Source: a virus. Taken from it: a stretch of 64,000 bases of DNA. A program made the translations under genes and the position numbers. The notes under the pieces were generated by a model. That model had not been told where the DNA came from. It was given only the letters and a program-made list of their open reading frames with translations, and made no database searches. This document shows, in pieces, positions 38,016 through 47,100 of the stretch; positions within the stretch are counted from its first letter, which is position 1; each line of letters opens with the position of its first letter. The stretch lies in the IMG/VR virus record IMGVR_UViG_3300037087_000181, positions 1 through 64,000 of that record. One strand, 5' to 3'.

Positions 38016-38688
38016 AGAACAATATTCCATAAAACCTATTCCTTTTGATGACTGTAAGGAATGGCTGCTCTATAAACATTATGCCCACCGAATGTGTCCT
38101 ATTTCTTTTTCCTTTGGTCTTTTTGATATTAATAATATAATAATTGGTTGTTGTGTGTTTGGTGGTTCAGCCAACAGAAATAATGTAAGGATAGGCAATT
38201 TTGATGTATTAGAACTTAATAGGTTAGTCGTTAATGAAGGACTTAAGAAAAACGTGTTATCTTTTTTTGTGTCGCAATGTTTACGACAACTACCAATCCC
38301 ATTAATTATAATTTCTTATGCAGACCCCGGCAAGGGACATTACGGTTATATATATCAAGCCACAAACTGGTTATATTTTGGACAAGGGCAAAGGAAAGAT
38401 GGTGGATGGGATTCAGGTGTAACTTCATTTATTAAAGACAATAAAGAGTATCATGGAAAAACAGTTTCTACTCTTATTGGTTCGGCATCAAAAGAGGAGG
38501 CAGAAAAATACGGATTTACTCGGTTATTTTCTAAACCCAAACATAAATATATCTATTTATTAGGAACAAAACAAGATAAAAAACGTATGATGGCGGATAT
38601 TCCTTATCATATTATGCCATATCCCAAAGGTGACAATATAAGATATGACACTAACTTCAAACTAACTACCCAAGGAATGTTATTTTAA
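38005..38688 (+). CDS. mom: Mom-like DNA adenine-modification acetyltransferase
   Basis: KHYAHR, LELNRL, IISYAD..GHYGYIYQATNW, KHKYIY, PYPK. Confidence 0.85.
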   Translation: MSIKEQYSIKPIPFDDCKEWLLYKHYAHRMCPISFSFGLFDINNIIIGCCVFGGSANRNNVRIGNFDVLELNRLVVNEGLKKNVLSFFVSQCLRQLPIPLIIISYADPGKGHYGYIYQATNWLYFGQGQRKDGGWDSGVTSFIKDNKEYHGKTVSTLIGSASKEEAEKYGFTRLFSKPKHKYIYLLGTKQDKKRMMADIPYHIMPYPKGDNIRYDTNFKLTTQGMLF

Positions 38689-38730
38689 TTTTACCTATCT
38701 TTGCATCCGAAACAAGTAAAACAGAAACAG

Positions 38731-39882
38731 ATGATCATTATTAACAATCAGCGTCTATTAAATATAGACAGGGCTTACGAAGACGAAAACGACCCTCTTC
38801 ATGTTTATGCGAAGGAGTATAAGAATGGGCTCAAAGAACTTCGTAGAAAATACCCCGAAGGAACAATAACTTTTAAACCCACAAAAGAAGAACCCACCAT
38901 TGATCGCTATGACGGCAAGGGAAACGAGTTTAGGGATGTGCCTGAAGACCCCAAACCAATTGCTATTCCACTAAGAGCAAACGTAGTAAACCCATCAAGA
39001 GGAACTGAATATTGGGGCGTATGTCAGGGTGCTCCTTATGAGGTTCGTAATAATGTTTGGGATATCGGAGATAAACTATCAAGTAAATCTAAGTTAGTTA
39101 CAGGTAGTCTTATCGTAAACCTCAAGACAGAACCCGACCTTGCTTTCTTTATGTATTTCAAAAGTCCGCTTGTCACTGGAGGTCATTGGAAGATTGATGA
39201 TCCTAAAGCTGATGTAAGGGCAAAAGGTGACGAAGAAAGGGCAGCTCTTTCTTTAAGAACGGCTATCTGGCAGACACTCGGAGACGAAGATACGCTTAAA
39301 CTTGTAGCCTCCGCCTATGGTATAGACAATGTAGAAACAAAGGAAGCTGATGAAATAAGATTTGAGCTACGGGACACCCTCGATAGAAACAACAAACTCA
39401 AACTGTCAGACCCTACCTATAAGGGCACGGAAGAGTTCATGGAAGACTTAAAGATTACAGACTATATTCTCCTTTGTGCTTTTATTAAACATTTTCTTAA
39501 CTTGAAGGCTATCACTTGGAGACCGGACGGTAGATATAAGATCGGAGACAAAACTATTGCACAGGTTCCCGCAGACTGGGTAAAACGCAAGTTTGAATGG
39601 CTATGCAATTATTTTACATCACCTAATAACCTTGAAAAACTTCAGTCTTTGATGATTGATGTTGTCAATGAGGAATATCTTGACTCTATAAAAGAGGATA
39701 AAATCTTCCGTTGGATCGCTAAGGTAAAAGACATTCAGGGTTTCTATAATAAAAAAACAGACGAGGTACGTGAGATGGTTTATGTGGACTTCGGCATACA
39801 CGAGCCAATAGTCGAGGAATCCTTGACAGTTAACACAGAACCGCCCGCAAAAGTAAAAACAAATAAAACAAAGGGAACTTAA
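38731..39882 (+). CDS. conserved head-module protein
   Basis: ORF after capsid gene with -7 promoter at 38696. Confidence 0.6.
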   Translation: MIIINNQRLLNIDRAYEDENDPLHVYAKEYKNGLKELRRKYPEGTITFKPTKEEPTIDRYDGKGNEFRDVPEDPKPIAIPLRANVVNPSRGTEYWGVCQGAPYEVRNNVWDIGDKLSSKSKLVTGSLIVNLKTEPDLAFFMYFKSPLVTGGHWKIDDPKADVRAKGDEERAALSLRTAIWQTLGDEDTLKLVASAYGIDNVETKEADEIRFELRDTLDRNNKLKLSDPTYKGTEEFMEDLKITDYILLCAFIKHFLNLKAITWRPDGRYKIGDKTIAQVPADWVKRKFEWLCNYFTSPNNLEKLQSLMIDVVNEEYLDSIKEDKIFRWIAKVKDIQGFYNKKTDEVREMVYVDFGIHEPIVEESLTVNTEPPAKVKTNKTKGT

Positions 39883-39922
39883 AAATTCTGTTTCTGGTTT
39901 CCCTTCGGGGAAATTTCTTGTT

Positions 39923-39957
39923 CTTTGCCCCCTTACGTGTATCGGGGCAAAGTTTTT
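39923..39957 (+). terminator. intrinsic terminator
   Basis: ctttgcccc...ggggcaaag-ttttt. Confidence 0.8.
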
Positions 39958-40073
39958 ATAAAATAGTTGGTGGATTCAAATATTTGACTTATCTTTGTTG
40001 TCACTATTCGACAGATAAGTATTAATAATTAAAAACGGAGGTCGCCATGAAGTAAAACCAATACTTCAGTTAA

Positions 40074-40214
40074 ATGGCAAAGAAAAAAGACGGTAAGGGC
40101 AAAGGGACAAAGAAATATGGTCGCAACAAACGCCCTGTAAATTCCGCAATGAGTTCTTACGTCAGAGGGAAAATAACCTTTGAGAGTTATCAAAAACAAA
40201 ACAAGTCTACCTAG
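40074..40214 (+). CDS. small basic protein (46 aa)
   Basis: Manual translation MAKKKDGKGKGTKKYGRNKRP...; own promoter (39990) and terminator (40244-40273). Confidence 0.7.
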   Translation: MAKKKDGKGKGTKKYGRNKRPVNSAMSSYVRGKITFESYQKQNKST

Positions 40215-40327
40215 CCAATACCGCTTGTGTTAGTTGGCTCGTAAAAAGTCCTCGGTTTTGAACCGGGGCTTTTGCATTTCAAGACATTCCTAAAATCTGA
40301 CTATCTTTGTGAAAATAATCATAGAGC

Positions 40328-41074
40328 ATGATTTATACTTCACAAATCTACGATACCTTATTAACGGCAATCCGTAAGGATAAAAGGGGTTTATCCTTTT
40401 CGCCTGATGACTTTAACAACATTATAGTACAGGTAAATCAACGCATTTTCAGACTCAATTATGCGGGATTTGAAAGTTCCAAGTTGTCAATGGACGAGAT
40501 GGATAGTTTTAAAAAAGTTAATGTTCCGATTAATCTTGATACCAATGGCATAGGAATATTACCATCTGATTACTATCACTTAGTCGGCGATCCTTATTAT
40601 ATGCACCCCACATTCGGCAGACGTAGAGTAGACTTAATCACGTCACTTGAACACGGGCAGAGAGAAATGGACTATCTTACTAAGGCATCTATTACTTATC
40701 CTACTACTTTTATGGCTTATGGTGCAACAAGTGAAGACATGTCGTTATATGTTACCCCAACAACCTGTACCCCCATTTACATAGATTATCTCAGAAAGGT
40801 AACTACACCATTTTTGGATTATTATGTTGATACAAATCTTAATATTATTTATATGGCAGAAGGCGCAACGGTAGCGATACCACTTGGTAGTACATCGAGG
40901 AGTGGCGTGTCAGGAATGGCAAATGTCGTTTCACTGACCAAAAACTTTGAGTGGCACGAACATGATATTCCTCAAATAATTAACCTATTACTTGGTACTG
41001 TGGGAATAGCGTTGCCGGACGAAGGACTTGTGCAAATTGCAGAGGCAGACGAACCGAAGATAGAACGTGGCTAA
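40328..41074 (+). CDS. head-tail ring/adaptor protein
   Basis: Position; LPSDYYH, IDYLRK motifs of P22 gp4-like/crAss ring proteins. Confidence 0.7.
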   Translation: MIYTSQIYDTLLTAIRKDKRGLSFSPDDFNNIIVQVNQRIFRLNYAGFESSKLSMDEMDSFKKVNVPINLDTNGIGILPSDYYHLVGDPYYMHPTFGRRRVDLITSLEHGQREMDYLTKASITYPTTFMAYGATSEDMSLYVTPTTCTPIYIDYLRKVTTPFLDYYVDTNLNIIYMAEGATVAIPLGSTSRSGVSGMANVVSLTKNFEWHEHDIPQIINLLLGTVGIALPDEGLVQIAEADEPKIERG

Positions 41075-41076
41075 AT

Positions 41077-41721
41077 ATGATAAAACAGGAAATAAGATCG
41101 CTCGTAAGGAATTCACTCCCCAAAATTGACAAAACAAATAGATTTGCAGATCGTTACATAGATGCTGTTATAGAGAAGGCTCTTGCCTCACTTTATCATG
41201 ATGTCTTTTTAACTAATCCATTAAGTCTTCAGAATTATACAAAAGTTTATTATACTATAGGATTTGATTATAATACAACAGGAGTTACTTACTGCACACT
41301 TCCTGAGAGTATAATCCCCCTTGAGCGGAAAGGGTCAGGTGTCATTAGGGTTTCAGCGCCAGCACAAGGTCAACTTATATTCTTTCCTACAGATTTTAGG
41401 GAGATGGATTTAATTGCTAATGGTAGTTTTTTTAATTCAGTCAACACTAAGGTAGGCTACGCAGTTAATCAAACACGTATGGAGTTATATAATTTATCTA
41501 TGTCCATAAAAGGTCTTAGATTGGATTTACTCATTCCATTTAGCAAATATGCAGAGGATGAAGAGGTAAAAATTCCAGAGATAACGGATGTAATAGGAAC
41601 AAACTATCGGCAGGTAGCACAAACTTTTATGGATAGGGTAATGGCGATTTTGGGTGTTGTGGCTCCCGTGGACACAAAGGATGACAACGCTAGTGTAATG
41701 ACTAACGCTAAAGACAATTAA
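41077..41721 (+). CDS. ring/tail tubular protein
   Basis: Position; YCTLPESII. Confidence 0.65.
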   Translation: MIKQEIRSLVRNSLPKIDKTNRFADRYIDAVIEKALASLYHDVFLTNPLSLQNYTKVYYTIGFDYNTTGVTYCTLPESIIPLERKGSGVIRVSAPAQGQLIFFPTDFREMDLIANGSFFNSVNTKVGYAVNQTRMELYNLSMSIKGLRLDLLIPFSKYAEDEEVKIPEITDVIGTNYRQVAQTFMDRVMAILGVVAPVDTKDDNASVMTNAKDN

Positions 41722-41723
41722 TT

Positions 41724-42446
41724 ATGACAGATACAAGTGCTCTCATTCCAATTGAACAGATAGTAACACGATGGCTCTTTAAATATCGTAAGTCGGTTGA
41801 TGATTATGGTCTTTACGTGGAACATGCCGCCCAATGTTACCAGGATTTCAATCTTTATGATGGTGAAATATTAACCACAGCAAAGGTCACTCTCAATCCA
41901 ACTTTGAAGTGTATTGAGATGCCAGACGACCTACTTAAGTTCATTAATTTAGTAACCCCAATCAAAGGTGGGTATTGGAGTTTCACACAAAATGATAACA
42001 TTGTCAACACAACAACAACGGTAGGTGGCGTAGAGACAAGGGACGACACACAAGGGGAAGGTGTTAAAATGGACGTGGACAGGGTTGTGAGTTATGGTGC
42101 AAAGGGAGGATATAATAAGTTCAGATGTACTGTTGATATGGCGGCAAGACGAATCTACACGGATAACACCTACACCGCCAATGATTATATGGTTCTTTTG
42201 TACGTGTCGTCAGGTATCAATGCCACAGGAGAGACCAAAGTTCCCTCATTCCTAATACCTGTTTTTGATGCTTATCTGCTTTGGAAAGAAACAATCATTG
42301 AGTTAAACCTCGCAAAGTTACACGACCAAAGATTTGATCAATACTGGAAAGAAAAGATGAAGGTCAGAAATCTCATCAATGCTATGTCGAAGGATGAGTG
42401 GCTTGACATATTTTATTCACAATTTACACAGGCTCCACAGCGTTAG
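41724..42446 (+). CDS. ring/tail tubular protein
   Basis: MPDDLLK, VLLYVSSG..VP..AYLLWK. Confidence 0.7.
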   Translation: MTDTSALIPIEQIVTRWLFKYRKSVDDYGLYVEHAAQCYQDFNLYDGEILTTAKVTLNPTLKCIEMPDDLLKFINLVTPIKGGYWSFTQNDNIVNTTTTVGGVETRDDTQGEGVKMDVDRVVSYGAKGGYNKFRCTVDMAARRIYTDNTYTANDYMVLLYVSSGINATGETKVPSFLIPVFDAYLLWKETIIELNLAKLHDQRFDQYWKEKMKVRNLINAMSKDEWLDIFYSQFTQAPQR

Positions 42447-42533
42447 AAAAATAATTGTAAATTTATTTGCATAATTCATTTATCTGGTTTATCTTTGGTT
42501 CGTAATTAATTATGAATTTTAAAAACAAGAGAA

Positions 42534-43049
42534 ATGAAAAAGACATTCTTTATTATTCTGACAATTATTGTGGTTTTTATATCCACAAGTACGTCAAGTT
42601 GTGACGACAAAAGCAGCAATACTGTTTTAGCACAGAAACAGGAAGCAATTATGCAGGAAGCCAACAGACAGGTTGGTATGCCTAATATCGTAAATTTTAC
42701 ACAAAGGAAACAGTTAAAAATGATTCAAGAACTTTGTGATCAGGAAAATCTCATTTGCTATGCTTATATTGTACCTGAATTAACAGGGAAACCTGTTTTT
42801 CTTGGCAAATGTATAGGATTTGGAATACCATTTTCTACTCAATACACAAATCCCGAAGCATACGTTCGTGTTTATTCTGGGAATTATGTTACACTACCAC
42901 AAGCCGATCCTAATGGTTTATTCATGCCAGCAAGTGCAGAAGGAACATGGCTTATGTTAATTGACCCAAAAACAAATGAACCACATCCTGTATATATTGA
43001 ACCAAGGGTTTTAGTATCTCCGTTTCCATTACCAACCGCAGTAAATTAA
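42534..43049 (+). CDS. phage lipoprotein (moron)
   Basis: Signal plus SSC; QADPNGLFMPASAEGTW; promoter at 42466-42497. Confidence 0.7.
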   Translation: MKKTFFIILTIIVVFISTSTSSCDDKSSNTVLAQKQEAIMQEANRQVGMPNIVNFTQRKQLKMIQELCDQENLICYAYIVPELTGKPVFLGKCIGFGIPFSTQYTNPEAYVRVYSGNYVTLPQADPNGLFMPASAEGTWLMLIDPKTNEPHPVYIEPRVLVSPFPLPTAVN

Positions 43050-43054
43050 ACAAC

Positions 43055-43387
43055 ATGAAGACAAGTAAAATAGTTTTATTATCAGTTGCCGGATTTGTTT
43101 TTCTTTTACTCCTTGGTTTAGGGTTGGGATATTATGGAGTATTTGCCACAAAAACAGTAGGCAAGGCACAGCAGAACGCCAACAGGGAGGTCTTTGAACA
43201 GACACAGAGTTATGTTGAAGGGAAAAGGCAAGAACTACAAAAGGATTATCACGAATGGTTGAATACGAAACCAGAAGATAAGGTGGCAATTGAAGGAATT
43301 ATAAGATCAAGTTTCGCAAGTTTTGATGAAGATAAATATTTAACTGGCGATTTATATAACTTCCTTCATAAAATAAAAAATAAATAA
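43055..43387 (+). CDS. membrane-anchored protein (moron partner)
   Basis: N-terminal TM; REVFEQTQSYVEG. Confidence 0.7.
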   Translation: MKTSKIVLLSVAGFVFLLLLGLGLGYYGVFATKTVGKAQQNANREVFEQTQSYVEGKRQELQKDYHEWLNTKPEDKVAIEGIIRSSFASFDEDKYLTGDLYNFLHKIKNK

Positions 43388-43474
43388 TTACTAAACCTTA
43401 TGTATCAATGAGAGGGGACGGTCAAAAACGACTGTCCCTTTTTCTTGCTATCTTTGCAGAAGAATAAGATAATC

Positions 43475-44146
43475 ATGTGTGATATTCCAACAAAAGTTTG
43501 TTCTAAGTGTAAAATAGAGAAGCCTATTGATTGTTTTCATAAGAAAACAGCCAACAGGGACGGGCATAAGGCGGAATGTAAGGAGTGTATTGCAAAAGAC
43601 GCCACTGTTTTTTATAAAAAAAACAAAGAAAGGGTTAATAAGGTTAAGAAAATATATTATAACGCTCATAAGGAACAGTATTTTAAATATGGGAAAAAAG
43701 AAGGAAAGGTTGAGTATCAAAGGGATTATCGTAAAAGACATAAAGAATCATTAAAGGAATATAGTAGGGAGTATCGTAATAAAAATCGGATTCCCTTGAA
43801 TGCAAAAAGACTTGCCAAGAAAAAAACAAATATTAATTTTATGCTGGCATGTACGCTCCGAAATGAGATATACAATGCTGTTAAAAAAAGCAAAAAGATA
43901 TATAAGATGAAGGAGGTTCTTGGTTGTTCTCTTGATTTCTTAAAACAACACATTGAATCTCAGTTCACAGAGGGTATGACATGGGAAAACCACGGAAGGT
44001 TTGGCTGGCATATTGATCATGTTCTTCCATGTAAGTCGTTTGACTTATCTGACTCAGAACAGCAGAAAAGGTGTTTCAATTGGAGTAATTTACAACCGCT
44101 TTGGTGGTATGACAATATATCTAAAGGTGCAAAGATAGTCGCATGA
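43475..44146 (+). CDS. HNH homing endonuclease
   Basis: KVCSKCK; GMTWENHG..WHIDHVLP..FNWSNLQPLW; paralogue of 37275. Confidence 0.85.
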   Translation: MCDIPTKVCSKCKIEKPIDCFHKKTANRDGHKAECKECIAKDATVFYKKNKERVNKVKKIYYNAHKEQYFKYGKKEGKVEYQRDYRKRHKESLKEYSREYRNKNRIPLNAKRLAKKKTNINFMLACTLRNEIYNAVKKSKKIYKMKEVLGCSLDFLKQHIESQFTEGMTWENHGRFGWHIDHVLPCKSFDLSDSEQQKRCFNWSNLQPLWWYDNISKGAKIVA

Positions 44147-47100
44147 GCAACGTAACGCAGGAAATTTTATTCAATGGGAGTGGCTTAAATACCGATGATA
44201 ATCAGAACTTTATCGCCAACGGGGATTCCCCTTGGAGGTTGAATGTGATGGTTTCAGGAAACGAGGCGGCTGGTATTTTGACGAATATTTTAGGTAATAG
44301 TTTGTCTGTGGATATAACTGACCACAAACTTAGTCTATCACACACCTATACAACTATTGGAAGTTATTATAATCGGCTAACCCGTAAGGTTTATTATTTT
44401 GTATGGTCAACTCCTTATGATAGTGGGGGTGGGGTGTATATTTATGATAATAGACTTTTTGAGTTTGATGAAGACAAGAAGACCCTTGAATTAATTTTTT
44501 TAGATTCTCATAATTATTTTGGTTTGTCCTTAAGTACACCTTTTAAGGATTCTTCGATGCTCGGTGATTGGCTATATTTCAACCCAAGAGTATCAGAACC
44601 AAAGATGATTGATGTGGTTCGTGCCTTCAATTACACAAACTACGTTACATATTCTACGTCATCAATATATGTCTTCGGAGACAAGGTTACATTCTATGGT
44701 GGGTTATTTGTAGCTTTAGCGGGCGTATCAACAGGACAGACACCGATAACTCATCCTGAAAAATGGAACAGGATAGGAGATTCTTATCGAGATAAGTCAG
44801 ACTTAGTTTTTGACAGTGAGTTTGACTACGCTTTCAATGTACTTAAGATGCCACCTGTTATAAGACCAAAGGTGTCTTACGGTAATGATACACACATTCA
44901 GGTAAATAATGTAAGAGGAAAATTATTCAGATTTTCTTATAGGTATAAATACTTCGACAATACATATTCTAAATATTCTGCATTTTCAGACATCACACTA
45001 CCTGAGGAAAGTGAAATTTATAATGGAGAGGTACTCAATAGCACCGTTACTAATAATTACATTAAGATTTCTATCAACGCTCATTCCCCCGCATTGGTTA
45101 AGGAGATAGAGATCGTTGCGCAAGAAACTACTGGTGACTGGAAAAGGGTTAAGATAATAAATAGACAAGAACAGGCAGAACTCACTACCTTTGACATGTC
45201 TTTTAACTTCTATAATAATGAAAGTTATTTAACAGTAACAAACATAGAAGTAGCCACGGTAAGTGATTATGTTCCACAGAGAGCAAACTCTATGGAGATA
45301 ATAAATAAAAACATTCTGACCTATGGTGGGTGCTTAGAAGGGTTTGATAACATACCGAAAGATGAGATAAGGGTTGGACTGACACCCGTGTTGCAAAGTA
45401 TATACTCACCCCCTATAATAGGTGCTACGAGAAGGAATAATATACCTTGGGATATTACTGATGTTGTTGTTCTTTATGATGGCAATCCAATAGAATACGG
45501 GAAAGGAATTGATATAGGCTCTTGGTGGCCCGGAACGGTTGTGGCAGGAGATGTTTATGTTGTCACTATTGATGGAAAGACAAACATCTATACAGTAACC
45601 GCAAATGATGTAGCACATACGAACGTTGCTATGGCTAGTCTGATAGCCTTTTTAAGTGATAATTATAGTACCTATGGCATAAGGATTCAATCCGACCCTA
45701 ATTTAATAGACATATTGTCTCTCTATGGTAATCCGATAGTGGCAGACATCACACAGTCATTGTTTTGTGTAAATGGTGGTGCGAGTAATCTACTCACAAA
45801 GAAAAGTGGATTTAAGACAGGAGCTAACCACCCGTTCTGTATCTTCTATTATGACGATAACCTACGCAGGTGGGATGCACAAGTCTCGAAAGAAAATGTA
45901 CATATCTTCGGTTTAGAGATGCACGGGACAACTGTATATGTTCCCATGCTTAATGAGGTAAGCCCTCCTCCTGATGACACCTCATATAAATGGACTATTG
46001 ATTGGGAAGTTTATCATCAACCCCCAGTAGGCGCAAGATATTGGAGATGGGGTTATGCCGGGAATAGCCTATGTTCAAAAATGGTTCAGTACATAGTATC
46101 TGATGTTACCGATGGTGATCCCGCCACGGATGGAGCCAACCTATGTAAGGTAAATATTACTCCGCTGCAAACGCTTAAGAGTACAATAACGGCAGATTGG
46201 AATCAGTACCCTAATTCAATCATTGATACCTATACATGGAAGACGGGAGATAGGATACGTTTTATAACCAAAAAGGTTGTCTCTGCGGGGTCAGCAGTAC
46301 TTGGGGATATTATTGATGGTGTTTATGAATATGAAATATTAAAGCAATCTGGTGATGATTCTGAATTTATATTTATTCAGGGATTAATTGCATCAAATGG
46401 TATAACGGCAGCCGATATAGGAGAAAATTCATTAGCAGAGATATATTCCCCTCTTGCGACTATTAGTGAGACACAGACGGTATATTATGAGTTTGGCGAT
46501 ATGATGCCTATTCGTGAAGATTCGGCAGGAGTAATGGTACATTATGGGCAGAACGGCATTCATAACCAAGATACAGTACTTTCTCATACTGCAATGGGTA
46601 GTTTTGATAGTGGAGATGTCTATCATATAATGAGGACACCATCAAAGCCTATTGATACTGACAACCCACTCGTGGGGTTCTTTCATGAGTCACAATGGTA
46701 TTCAGATTTTTATGAAAGTACCGATTTTAATAAAGGGAAAATAGGCTTTGAAACTAATTTTGGGCAGAGATTTCTAAATATAGTCAGATACTCACGACCC
46801 TACTTTCAGAACACAGAGATTAATGGGCTATCTACTTTTGAGGAAGACGATGCTAATAACTGGCCGGGTTATAAAGAATATAACGACATCTTTGGGGATA
46901 TTGTGGCTATTTATGAGTTTGGGGACACGCTAAAGGTTTATCAGGAAAGAAAACCATCATCGACACTTGTCGGGAGGCAGGAATGGCTCGGTGCAAATGG
47001 AGAACCAACAGTAGCCGTTAGTGACGTTGTGCTCGGAGCAATAAGATATGATAAATCTAATTATTCGACTATATTTCCCGAATCATTATCAAGAAATAAT

